Source: Prorocentrum cordatum (Eukaryota). From it: 55,040 bases of DNA. The notes beneath the pieces are model-generated. The model was given only the letters and a program-made list of their open reading frames with translations, ran no database searches and was not told the origin of the DNA. Both the position numbers and the translations under genes were made by a program. The stretch covers positions 62,001-117,040 of the forward strand of contig CAUYUJ010000189.1 in assembly GCA_963575745.1 (NCBI GenBank). The letters are read 5' to 3'. This document shows positions 24,638 through 38,000 of the stretch, in pieces. Position 1 is the stretch's first letter; every line of letters begins with the position of its first letter.

Positions 24638-27600
24638 TCGATGATGATGCTGATGCTGCTGATGATTATGATGATGGTGATGATGATGGTGGTTGTGATG
24701 ATGCTGTCGATGATGCTGATGGTGATGATGATGAGGAGGAGGAGGAGGAGCAGGAAGATGACCAGAGTAGACCTAAGATGCGTCAGCGGTGCTGGAAGAC
24801 ACCGTCCCGTCCCAAGTCCTCTCCTCAAGCTTTTCTTTATAAGAAGGGACCCCTAGAAAGGCCAGCATCCCATGGGTTTGCAATTTAGGCGATAATCCCG
24901 TTTGGAGCAGCAACTGCCCTGCATCCTCCCAGCGCGTAACCAGGAATGCGAATAGGTATGATCACACAAGTCAACGAGGTGCCCTATTCTGTTCTCTTTT
25001 GAAAAAGGGCCGCCCCTATTCGCGTGCCTGTTGCAGTAATCTATTTATCTGGTCATGCGCTTCGAAGACGTTTCAAGTGAGAGCCCCACTTTGAAAAGGA
25101 ACCACCCTCCAATCTTGACCACTGCGCTGTAGCCTCGCCCAGTGCGCTTTGCCCAGTGTGCTGTAGCCTCGCCCGTGTACGGGCCCCTTTTGGTTTGACC
25201 GGTCTTCTGTCTGTCTGTCCTCTAATCTTGCTTTACAAACCAGGGCTCGACCTGACAGTGTTTTTTTGCGATTACGTGGACCGTTTCCGTTTTGATTTCG
25301 TTTCGCAGCGAAGACAGAACGAAAACGTAATGAGCAACAACGATGACAAGACGAAAACGAGAAAACATTGTTTAGCTCGAGCCTTCTTACAAACTTGCAA
25401 GACGAATGTGCGGTGCCAGGGCGAGAGCTCCATTTTACAAAGAAGCCACCCTCCATCCCTCTAACGGTTGCAAGCTTTTAAAAGGCGGCAGTGTGCGGCG
25501 CTACAGCGAGAACCTTATTTGGAGAAAGGAGCCGCCCTCTATCTTTGCAGTTGCTGCAAGCTTGCACATCGAATGTGCGCGGCGCCAAGGCGAGGGAGAT
25601 CAGCTTTGACCCCCTTTTCTCCGCATCCGTCTAGCTGTCGCAGTCTTTGAAACGACTGTGCGCGGCGCTAAGGCGAGAGCTCCATCTTGAAACCAACTGG
25701 CTGCATCCTGATACATGTCTTGAACCTGGCTTCATGATACTAACGGTGAGGTGGTATCAGGCGAAACATTTGGCCCGCCCTACCAACACGGTTGGGTGTG
25801 CGATGAAAGGAAGTTGCCTGTCAGGACGTCGGATGGTGGAGAACCTGAAGTGATGAATTGCGGACACCTCATCTATATGAATGGGCCCGGGTTCTTGGTA
25901 CCAACGCGCTGTAGAGGACGGAGGTCACAAGCGCTCATCGTGTTTGCAGTATGGGGTGGCAGTTCCTCCCTTGAGAAAAAACAGGAGCATTACATGAGCA
26001 GGGGGGAGGGTAGGGGTGTTTTCCCCCAGGCCCCCCACCCACCCACCCTCAAGGGTTTTTTTTGGAGGCAGCAAGCCTCAAGGGGTGTTTCTGGTGGGGT
26101 CAGGCTGTTTTCTTTTTCCCCGGATCCCCCCGGAAACCTTGAATCTTCCTTAAGAGGGGTTCGGCCGGGGGGGAGCTACTGTCCACCCGCCCCGTGGGGC
26201 ATCGCGTTCCTGATCGCTGGCCCCGCCGCAATGGCTCCATAGGCAACTGGGGGGAGGGAGGCGTTCAGGGGCGGCGAGTGCGACCAGAAGTGCTTCCCCC
26301 CATATGGGGCGCGAGGATTGGAAGGACCACGGGGCCGCGGGGCCCAGTCGGAGTGGGACCCTTTCACCACCCAGGGGAGCTTGGGGGACATCAGCTACGA
26401 CGCCCACTAAGCGCACTCTCACTAGCGTGGCGCAGCAGGCCTACGAGATCAAGGAACCCCAGGAGCAATACCTTGCGCGCGAGGCCACGAAGGGCACGTT
26501 GGCAGCTGGCCCGCGCGACAAGGAAGAGCCTCGCACCCGGCAGGATGGGCGCCGTGACGATCTGCAGGTGAAGCGGTTTCTGAGGAGGTCGGCCGCAGCC
26601 TGGCGCCACCCCGCCACGTTGATGCACGGCGAGGGCGCGGCCAAGAGAGACTGGCCAGTCTGGTGCTAAACGCGCGTGCAGAGCTTCACGCGCCACCCCA
26701 GCTTCGGCCACATCGTCGAGGGGCAGGCGGCCGACTGCGGCTGGCCTCAGGAGGCGACACGGCAGGCCATTGCGCTGCAGGCGCGCGACGACGCATGGCG
26801 CAGGAGTAGGGCGGGGGGGGCTCGCGCTCCAGCGGGACTTCAGAGCCCCCGCGGTCCGCGGCACCGTCCCTTGACATCGGAGTCGGATGCCCCATGGGTC
26901 CCGCTGGGCCCCGCAATCCCTCTACGACGACGAATGCCTGAGCGCGGTGCAGCACTGGGAGCAGCGGTGCATCTCCCACGTCCGCGCCCAACTGCATCTG
27001 CCTGCCTTCAACCGCGTCTTCCAGGGTTCGCGCGGCGACGCGCGCCCTTTAGTCATCCAGCGGCTGGCCGAACACACGTGCCAGAACGCGCGGGGCAAGG
27101 GCGAGCGGAGGCGCACTGCTCTCATCGGCGCCATGATGGGGCTTCCGGAGGAGGACCGTGGAAGGAGGTGTCGGCAGCAGCGCGGGCAGTGCGAGCGGCG
27201 GAATGGCCAGCGCCCTCGCGTCGTGCTCGCGCCGCGCCTATGCTCGGCATCAGCGGCTGTCCCCCTTGACATCGGCGTCGGCACCTACGTCTAGTTGGAA
27301 GGGCCCGACCTCGGGCAGCTCCCCCGCCTCGGAGGCGGGGCGGTGGGGGGCGCCGAGGCTAGCCTGGGCAGTGGCCGCGGTGGCGGCGGCGGCAGCGGCA
27401 GCCGCAGCCATTGGCGAGACTGGCAGACCAGCGGGTGCTGCGGCTACATCTTCAGCATCGGCACCCAGCCCGACAGGACCTACCTCTCCGAGGGACGGGC
27501 GGTCGCCCGCGGTCGCGCCCAGCAGGGGTGAGCATCCTACGGGGGTTGGCAGAAGGGTTCCAGTGGTGGAATGCGCCAAGCCTGCCAGTTCCCATGCGAC

Positions 27601-30600
27601 CTTGTCGGCCCAGCCCAGTAGGCGGGTTCGGAGGTGGTCCTGTGTCGGCGCTGGCTGCCATCGGCACCGCGGCGTGGGGTCCTCTTTCCGCGACGGCGGG
27701 GGCGGCGCCAGCGGGGAGGCAGCCGCGGCGGCGGCCTCCCCGTCCGCGGCGAGGCTGGCAGGAACGGCGGCCTCATCTGCTCCAGCCTCAGCGGCAAGCC
27801 CGACGTCGGCGCGCTCGAGGCAAGTGGCGCCGCCTCTCGCTGCGCTCAGAAGGCGCGGCGTCTCACCAGCGGGTGCCGAAGGTTTCCGCGTGCGCGCGGA
27901 GAGGCGCCGCCTGGCCCTCCGCTCCCAGGGCGACCCCGACGGCGTTCACCAGGAGGGCGGCCCCAGTGGCGGAGATGACCTCTCAGCGTGAGTCACCATT
28001 CAAACTCTCGTTGCGATCGTTGCGCTTGGCTCGCGCGCGCCCGCCTCGCCCTTGGCGCAGGCCAGGGGCGAGAGCGTGGATGGCCCGTCGGCGATTTGGC
28101 CACGGGCCAGGACTGCCCCCCCCCCCCCTGTGGGGGAACCTGCCGTATATCCGTGGGTACTCAAATCCGATTCTGCTGTTCTAGGATACCCTACTGTTCT
28201 TTATGTCCTCTTCGCTCCTCTCCTCTGCTCTATTCGGCTCTGCTCAGCTCCACTCGGATCAATTGCTCTTGTCTACCCTACTCTACTTTATCCTCTTCTC
28301 TTCTACTCTACTCTGCTTCTGACTTTGACGAGTATTAGCTGCTTATTGGGGCGCTATTGGAAAAGGCAACGGGGAACCACCGCAATAGCCACAACCAACG
28401 ATTGCCACAGCAAAACTAAAAGAAGTCAACGCAACCATTCGGTGCAAATTAGGGGGGAGCCATCGCAATCATTTGAGGCTCAATAAAAGGGAGGGACCCG
28501 TGGGCAAGTTCTCTATGCGCTTGAGCTCTGGTTCTTGAAGGCAAATCTATATGGGGAGTCAGGGAGAGGGTGGGGGGAGGAAGAGGAGGAGAACTGTGAA
28601 ACAAGTAAGACGGAAAACAAGAAGCGTAAGGATGATCATCCTAGTGAAAGTATTCACTGCGTGGAGCTCCCCATCGGTGCATCAATTTGCATGGACCTTT
28701 CCGCTGCGAGTGCTCAGGCGCAAGAGATTTCGACTATAAACGGTTTTGAGTATGAATAGATTGGGAGTGAGTCTCAGAAGTTCGGGTGAGTCTGTGCGCA
28801 TGAGCCTGGGGCCTCCTGGGGCCTCCTGAGAAACATCCTGGGGCTTCATGGTGCCTCCTGGGGCCTCTTGGGGCTTCACGTGACCTCCTGAGACCTCCTG
28901 GTGTGGCCTCCTGGGACTTCCTGGAGCCTCCTGGGGCCTGATCACAACGAAAACTGCTTGGTTAATACTGGTGTGACGTGGTCTGCTCACAACGAAAACT
29001 GCCAGGACACTATGTTCAGTCGGTGTGGTTGCTTGGTTTTGTCTGGTAGCCTTGAGCCGGCTCGGAAGATACCACACAAGTCACACATGAAATTGGAAAA
29101 TGTGTAAGAGTGTCTGGACAGCTCGAGCACGGCTGCGGGTCCAGCCGGGCAAGACAAGGATGAGCAGGAGGGGGCGAAGGCGCAAGAAGAGTGCTGGGGC
29201 ATGCGGGTACAGCTTTGGACGAAGTCCTGGGGCCTCCTGGGGAGGATTCGTGCCCCAGGATAAACCCAGCTTATGGGAACAGACGTGCACAAAACACTGC
29301 GGATTGGAGCCGCAGGAGAAGGGCAATCCATAGAAACACGCGTAAATCACCAAGGATTCGTGCCCGATGGGGAGGCCCAATCTACAGGAACATACGTAAC
29401 ATAGTTAGGATTGGATAAGCAAGCGCAGGACAATCTATAGAACAACACGTAAAACACTAAGGATTCGTGCTCCAGGGGAGGCGCAATGTATGGAGCATAC
29501 GTACAACACATGGGATTGGAGCCACTCCTGTGGCCTTCTGAGGTCTCCTGCTCCTGTGGCCTCCTGGGGCCTCCTGGTGTCTTCCGGGGCCTCCTGGTGC
29601 CTCCTGGCGCTTCCTGTGGCCTCTTGGGGCCTCGTGTGGCATCCTGTGGCCTCCTGGAGCATCCTGGAGCCTCCCGAGGCCTTCTGGAGCTTCCTGGGGC
29701 CTCCTGGAGCCTCTTGGGGCATCCTGTGGCCTCTCGAGTCTTCCTATGGCCTCCTGATGCCTCCTGGGACCTCCTGTTGCCCTGCTGGGGCCTCCCGGAG
29801 CCTGCCGGAGCCTCCTGTGGCATCCTGGGGCGGATCCGTGCCCGCGAGTTTGGCCACCAAAACAGGCGAACCGATCGAGACATCTTCAGATTCTGGCCCC
29901 ACTTGGGGGCGAAAATGGGCGCCTCGCTCTAGACATCCTCAAAATCTGTTCCGAAAGCGAAGGATATTGCGGCACCGAAACAGGCAAACCGCCTGAGACA
30001 TCCCCGCTACTTTGGCGCGAAAGGAAGCCGTGCAATATCCCCTGGCGGCTCCCCCTTGGCAGTGCTGAAATCCGCGCCTCGCTCGAGACATCCTCAGAAT
30101 CTGCTCTGAACGCAGACGAGCCGGGCCCCCCAAATAAGCAAACCGCTCGAGACATCCTCGCCATTTGGGCCCCTCTGGGGTGCGAAAACCAGCGCCTCAC
30201 ACAAGACATCATTTTTCATCAGTATCATGCATCGTCTGCATCAGCATCGTCGTCATCACATTCTTATCGCCATCATTCGGTATCATCATACTCTGAGTGC
30301 GTCATCATACTCTGAGTAGGATGGGGAAGAGAGGGATGAGGTGAGGAAGGAGGTCCGCGCGGTCGGTAATACCACACATCCATCTTTTGGATATGGGGAA
30401 TAACATAGCACATCAGAACATGACATACCAAACCATACCATAACATGGTATAGCATACTCTGAGTGAGATGGGGAAGAGAATGAGGAGGGGAGGAGATGT
30501 GAGGAAGGAGTCGGCGCGGTCAGGGTAATAACAAGAACCCCATCCTTTGGATATGGGGAAACTGCTACGACGAACAAAATTAATACGATTACGAATAATA

Positions 30601-31239
30601 ATGCGAACACGACTCATAGCACTAATAAACATGTTACTTATAATTATACGTATGTTACAACTGATACTGAACATCGTACTACGAATGCTAAGAATAATAA
30701 TCAGGCGGGGCGGAGGAGGACGAGCAGGTGTCCGAAGAAACAAGGGAGGATCAAAGGGGATGAAGGTATTTGGGGTGACCGTGATGATGGGAACGGTAGG
30801 GATGACGAAGGAACTGTTGCTGATGATGAAAGTTTTGACGTTCGCGATGTTGGCGTGGATGTTGATAGCGCTGGTGATACTGTGATTGTTGCTGGTGGTG
30901 TGTTCGATGATGCTGTTGGTGATACTGGCGGCGACAACGATGATGGTCATGGTGCTGACGTGATGGAGGTGGCGGTGATGATGGCGATGCTGCTGATGAA
31001 CATGCCAATGGCGATTCTGATGATGCGGGTGAGGATTATGTGAGGGTGATGATGGTGATGAGGACGATGCTGAAGTGGTTGATGGATGTGCCAGCGATTG
31101 TGATGGTGCTAACAATGACGGCGTTGCTGATGACGATGGTACTGCTATTGTAGGGGTTGTTGTTGATCATGATTGCGATAATGTTACGACAGCTGGGGAC
31201 GACGAATCTGATGATGAGGATGCTGATGATGACGATGAC

Positions 31240-31281
<42 letters not shown>

Positions 31282-31655
31282 CATGATCATGATCATGATC
31301 ATGATGACGAATGTGGTGGTCATGACGACGCGGCTGATGATGATTCCATCCACGATTCTGATGATTATGATGACGGTGGTGGCGACGCCGGTGACGATGA
31401 TGATGGTAAGTGTGATGGTGTTGGTGTTATCGATGATGATGGTGGTGGTGATAAGTGCGATTTTTATGGCAAGAGTGATACTGAGGGTGGGGATGGAGGC
31501 GTTTATGATGATGGCGTTGCTGTTGATGCTGGCGGTCAATGGTAATTCGTAGACGGTAGATGGATGTTGGTAATGATGGGAAGGAGGAGGAGGACAAAGA
31601 CGATGACGACGATGATAATATGGATGATGATGATGATGCTGATGATGATGATGAC

Positions 31656-31689
<34 letters not shown>

Positions 31690-31774
31690 ATTGTTATGCT
31701 GATGATGAGGGTGGTGATGCTGATGCAAATTATGATTATGATGTTGATGCTGTTGATGATGAATATGATGGCGT

Positions 31775-31815
<41 letters not shown>

Positions 31816-31878
31816 GTGATGATGAAAGTTATGATGGTGGTGATGATGGTGATCATGATGATGGCGATGCTGATGAAA

Positions 31879-31941
<63 letters not shown>

Positions 31942-31993
31942 CTGGTGGTGGTGGTGTTGCTGTTGATGATGGTAAGCATGACGAACATGATGC

Positions 31994-32040
<47 letters not shown>

Positions 32041-35000
32041 CTCATGGTGTTGATGATGCTGATGATGCTGCTGCTGCGGCTGCTGCGGCTGCTGCGGCTT
32101 CTGCTGCTGCTGCTGCTGAGGAGGAGGAGGAGGAGGAGGATGAGGAGGGGGAGGAGCCCCAGTCGCGAGCGGCACATTCACACGCAAGTTGCTACGAGTC
32201 CTGACTTTTCGCATTGCAGGCGAATTTTCAGCCAACGACGGGTTTTGTCGCAGGAGGGGCAAGTGAGGAGGGGCGAGCCAGGGAGTTGCGAGCATGTCTG
32301 GGCGAGCAAGCGGCTTGGAAAAGATCTGGGCAGCCCAAGCTTCTTGGACGGTGTCAGTCCCCCCCCCGGTGCGATAGGACACCTGAGAGGAGGAAAGGTA
32401 AGGCTTCGGGGTTGCACACAAACAGCCCCCTCCACACTGGCTGTCCACAGCAGGCCTTCCCGCTGGCTGTCCACATCAGTCTGGGGCTGGTTGTCAGCTG
32501 GCCTAGAGGGCGACGGGGGACGCGCCAGAGGAGGCTCGGCTCGGGGGGCAGGCGGCTGGGAGCAGCTGCGTGGACGAGGGGGGGGGGACGGCTCGAGGAG
32601 CGCTTCTTGCAGAGCGCGCGTTCTGGTGAGCTTACGGGATCCTATCCCGTTCCGCTCCTCCCGCGCGCCATGGGCCAGGTGTGGTCTGGGCGGCTTCAGA
32701 TTTCACTTCTACCCGCGCGGAGACGACTTCTGTGACGAGGCGGCCTCGGGTCGTTTTGCTCGGCCTTTCTGGCAGCTGACGCCGCCAGGTGCCCAACGCA
32801 GAGAGGCAGGGTCGCCTGCACGGATGCCGGCGCGTAAGCTGCCCGCCTACGTAAAGTCGCGCGTGCGCGCCCTCGTTTTCAATGCGGCGTGCCGCGCTGG
32901 CGGACTGTGTCAGCCGTGTCGCAAATGTCGCTCTGTCTTTCCGCGTAAGGCCCGCTTTTTGTTCGTCGATCGGATGCTGCTCTGCTTCTGCCGTTCGTTC
33001 GTTCGGAGTGCTTGCTCCGGCCACGAGCTGCCGCCGACAGAGTGCGGAGCGGCCCTTCCCATTCGTTCAGCCCTGCCCCGCGGGTTCTGTCGATGGGTGC
33101 CATTTCGTGAACCCAGCTGACAGTCCGTGCTAACACTCCTCCTCCTCCTCCTCCTCCTCCTCCTCCTCCCCCTCCTCCTCCTCCTCCTCCTCCTCCTTCC
33201 CCTCCTCCATTCCTTCCTCCCTTTTCCTTGTAAATGTCTCATCCCCCCAGGCGTGTCGGTAGAGCTGGCCATGCATTTCGCCACTTAAGATCTCGAAGCG
33301 TGAAGGTTTCAACTGTTTCATGGATGGAGGGCGGTTAGATTTCAACATGCGGTTCTAACCTTAGCGGGCGTGCATTCGTCTTAAACGTTTGCAGCAGTTC
33401 CAAGGGTGGAGGGCGGGTCGTTTCAATGTGTGGCTTTCGTTTGATCGCCGCGCACATTCGTCTGCAACTTTTGTAGCAATTTCAAGGATGGAGGGCAGGT
33501 CGGTTCAAAACGTGGCTCTCGCTTTAGCGCCGCACGCATTTTGGTTTATATCCTACACTTTCGCAGCAGTTTCAAGGTTGGAGGGCATGTCATGTTCAAA
33601 ATGTGGTTCTTCCCTTAGCGCCGTGCACCCTCGTCTTGGAAGTTTGCAGCAGTCTCAAGGATGGTTGGATGACCGTTTTCAAAGCGCGGGTCTTGCCTTA
33701 GCGCCACGCGCCCTCGTCTTAGTTTGCAGCAGCTTCAAGGACGGAGGGCGGGTCGTTTTCAAATTTAGTTCCCCACATGTTTGGTGGGGTTATGGTTTTC
33801 TTCCCTCTCGCGTCCCACCCGCGTCTCACTCACACACTCACCTCCCTCCCTCCTTCCTCCTCACCTCTTCCTTTCTCGCCTCGTCCACGCGCAGCACAAC
33901 ACATGCACGACACGCACACGAGACACGTGTCTGCAGCCGCACGCATGCACACACTCGCACAAACACACACACACACACTCACAACGCCAGTGCACGCCTG
34001 ACGTGTTCACGGCATCACACACCCACGACGTATGCACCACATACTGGGCACCCACGTGAGACACAAGCCCCGATACAGCCGCGCACGCATCATACACATG
34101 CCACATACTGGGCACCCACATGAGAGACACATCCAGATGCAGCCGCACACGCATCACAGACATGACACGCACCTCGCAGCACACGCGCGCAATATTCGCA
34201 AGGCGTGGCAGGCGTGGCATTTTCTCGACACCAGAGGGGGTGCGCAGGGTGGTGGTCCCTCACCGCGGTCTCTATCCGTCCCAGGGTCGCGGGGCGTGGC
34301 AGGCGAGGCACTTTCTCGACACCAGAAGGGGGTGCGCAGGGGGTGGTCCCTCACCGCGGTCTCTATCCGTCCCAGGGTCGCGGGGCGTGGCAGGCGAGGC
34401 ACTTTCTCGACACCAGAAGGGGGTGCGCAGGGGGTGGTCCCTTACCGCGGTCTCTATCCGTCCCAGGGTCGCGGGGCGTGGCAGGCGAGGCACTTTCTCG
34501 ACACCAGAAGGGGGTGCGCAGGGGTTGGTCCCTCACCGCGGTCTCTATCCGTCCCAGGGTCGCGGGGCGTGGCAGGCGAGGCACTTTCTCGACACCAGAA
34601 GGGGGTGCGCAGGGGGTGGTCCCTCACCGCGGTCGCTATCCGTGCCAGGGTCGCGGGGCGTGGCAGGCGAGGCACTTTCTCGACACCAGAGGGGGGTGCG
34701 CAGGGGGTGGTCGCTTACCGCGGTCTCTATCCGTCCCAGGGTCGCGGGGCGTGGCAGGCGTGGCACTTTCTCGACACCAGAGGGGGTGCGCAGGGTGGTG
34801 GTCCTTCACATCGGTCTCTATCCGTCCCAGGGTCGCGGGGCGTGGCAGGTGTAGCATTTTCTTGACGCAACGGGTGGTGCGCATGGGGGCAGTTCTCGCC
34901 GTTGCATTCCATCAGTGGCACTAGCAGGGGTTTGCACAGCATCCAGATCGCCAGGGTACCCAATCGAAGGTCGCAGTTGCTTGTTGCTTGGTGCGCACAT

Positions 35001-38000
35001 ACCATAACATAGGTATGTGGGGGTTCCTCGGTAGTGCATTTGCCGTCTAAGCGCCGCCTGCATTCGTTTCAACTTTTACAGCAGTTTCCAAGATTCGATT
35101 GATCGAAGTCCAAGTGCCGGCTTCCTGGCACCATTTACGATGTTTCGGACGCAGCAATAAAGCTTATTCGCGGTGTTGAAGTTCCAGGAATGGTGTTCTG
35201 GCACGATGCAGGACTGTCAGGACGCGATCGTCACGTTGATTCGCAGGAATGCTTGCCGATGCTTCGTAGGCAGGGCGTCCCCGTGAGAGACTCGAGGTAC
35301 TACAGGCTTCGCAACCTCATGCGAGGTTGCCATCCGCTTCGGTCCCGCTTGTTTGTGGGCCCTCCGATTTTGCTGCGGAAGCGACGGCTGCTGGAGTCGG
35401 CCGAACTGCCGCCTCTGCCTGCTCTCTCTCCTACGGTCGGGACTGGGAGTGGGGGGGTGGGGGTGGGGTGGACGGGGCAGGAGTGCTCTCCGCCGCCCGC
35501 TTTACAGGCCGACCTGGCCTTGTGGGACGGCCTCTCAGGCTTTCCCATTGCCAGCGCAGAGGAGGACGACGACGACCCATCCCGCGGTGCGTGGGATCGG
35601 GTCGAGTGCGTCCCCTGCGCTGGTTAGGGGTTTTTTCGAACAAGGCTGGTTCGCTTGCGGTCAGTCTCTATCAGTAAAAAAAAGAAGTCCCTGGAATGGC
35701 GTTCTGGTGCGATTGAGTATTCTCGGGCGGCTGTTTCTCCACATGGCATTTCCGCAAGAAGTTGAAATCCCTGCAGGGACCTGTGGACACGAAACTTGGG
35801 GGAACGGTTTCTTGCAACGTCGTTGATGCGTCTTGGGTTTGCTGTTGTCCTCCGTCCCCCCCCATCACAGTCTAGGACCAGACGGGCTCGAGTCACGAGA
35901 GAGGCCTGTCCACGACCCTGCGCCAGGAGCGCCCTCGGGGCAACACGCACGCCCAGGTTCGCTCACCCGCGCAGCCATCCAGACGAGCAGGTCAGCCCAG
36001 CAGCACGTGCAGTCAACCCGCATAATAAGGATGGGCAGCCTTCCCAAGGGTACCCTTGCATCCTTGCCTCCTCGGCTCATCCTTGGCCACTCTCGTTGGC
36101 CGCGCCCCGCTCGAAAAGCTTCGAAATGGGCGTCCAAGGCCCTTACATCCTTATCGCGCATCATTCTGATATGGGCCGACTGCAAAAGGGGCGGGCGGGG
36201 GTGCTCTTGTGTCGAGTCTCGTCGTCGTGGTGGCGCCTCCCTCGTCTTCCCCAGCCTGTCTTGGCCTCCGAATTCTCGGCCGCAGGGAAGCTCTGCTCCG
36301 AGGGGGGTCACTCCGGCGTGGACCTCCCGCGTTTTTCCGCTTCGGGGATCCGTGGATCCAGCGGTTCTGGAAGGTTCCGCGGGCCGGCTTGTCAGTCAGC
36401 CTCGGGTTTTGGGCGTTGCGTAATGGGGGGGTCGTAAATGGGGGGGTGGCGAGGGTGGTCCGAAAAGGTACCCAAACGGTACCTAAACGAGCCCCCTGGG
36501 GCTCCGGAGGGGCCCGAAAGGGGCACGAAAGGGGACCGTTTCTGACCCCCCCATTTATGACCCCCCCATTAAGCCACGCCCAAGGGTTGGGAGCGATGCA
36601 GGGCTTTAGCAGTGCTTTGGAAGGCTGGAACTGCTCGGAGCGTTTCTTAAGCAAGGCCACCACAGTCAGCAACCCTACTCCCCCTCTTCCATCCGGCTCC
36701 AGCTTCATTGGTCATCTCTTCGGGTCTGGCTCCCGTGCTACTGACTCTTATTTCTGCGTGCTCGTTCGTTTCGCGTGGCCACACGCGACACCAACCTCGA
36801 CCCATCAGTGACCGGCCTATTGCCCATAGTTCTCCTTGCATGCCGGCCCCCCGACGCCAACCTGCTGATGCCGCATAGGTGCTCCATGCGGGACTGCCGC
36901 CTACACTGTTTTTTTCGTCGCAGCGCGGCAGTGGCAGTTCGCACGCGCGGTCAGGCGGTCCGGGCAACGGAACGCGCATATCAACCGGCGGCAGGAGGAG
37001 GGAGACAGGCGAAAGCGGCCGCGGGAGGAGGGAGGCGGGGGGGCACGCACATTGCGAGGTCCGTCGCCGTGGAGCGGACAGGGCGGCCAGCCAGTGCGCT
37101 TCCCCCTACACACTGAGCGTGCGAGACACACACACACACACACACACACTTAGGATGGTTGCTGGGGCTTCGTGGCCGACGAGAGCGCTATCTGCTCTGC
37201 TCGAACCGCTACCCAGAGTGCCCACTCATTGACTCCATCCTCCCTCCTCTTCCTTCCACCCTCCTTCCCTACTCCCCCCCACTTCTTCTTTTCCCTCTCT
37301 CCCCCTTCCTTCCTCTCTTACCCTTGCCGAGGAAGTGATTCTTCCTGGCTTCGGAGAAGTAGCCCCCGAGCGAACTTGCTGAGTGGATGCCAGGGGACAC
37401 GCAAAAAACGTGGCGATGCAACCTGAGGGACGCGTGGCCTGGTCGGCAAGGGCACCCGTGGCTCCTGCCAAGAGTTGCTGCGACTGACTCATCGCCGACA
37501 GTCCTCATAATGCAATAGGTGCTACAAGTGGCTGGACTGAGCAGCCGAGGAGGAGGAGGAGGAGGAGGAGGAGGAGCAGGAGGAGGAGGAGGAGGAAGGA
37601 GGAGGAGGAGGCAGGGGAGAGCCTTCAGAGATCGGGAACTGCTCAGGACAGCCAAAACGGAGATGATCGAGACGCGTGCCGATACGTGGCGATGCCTGCG
37701 CGTTTTGCATCGATCGGCTCGGCCGCCTAATGTCCGAGGTGCGGCCACCTATGTCCCCACTGGGTTTCGACCCGATCGGCTGGGTTTTAACGGTTTTGCA
37801 GGCGGTGTGATCGATCCGCGGTCTAGTGCAGTCGCCAGACAGCCTCGGGCGAGGAACTCCCCGACATATTTCTTCCGGTCAGGGACTTGTGATCAGCGTG
37901 TCGCTCAGCTGGTTCTGGCCCGCCTCGCTTCGACGCGACACGCCAACCACTTCCTGGTCTCCAGGTGTCTGCGTCCCGAGCTTTTCCCAGCCTCCCGCTA

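Noticed and set aside
31036..33120. 470-aa and 518-aa His/Met/Asp-rich ORFs
   Set aside because: (GAT)n artefact. Only 32679-32739 within them is a credible exon.
34203..34860. Regular array that could be mistaken for CRISPR
   Set aside because: Whole 91-bp units are near-identical with no unique spacers, no cas genes and a eukaryotic context.
35188..35270. Exon-like stretch EWCSGTMQDCQDAIVTLIRRNACRCFV in intron 5
   Set aside because: Its end phase is incompatible with exon 6, and it would interrupt the continuous YPRGDDFCDE-GYCSVY motif.
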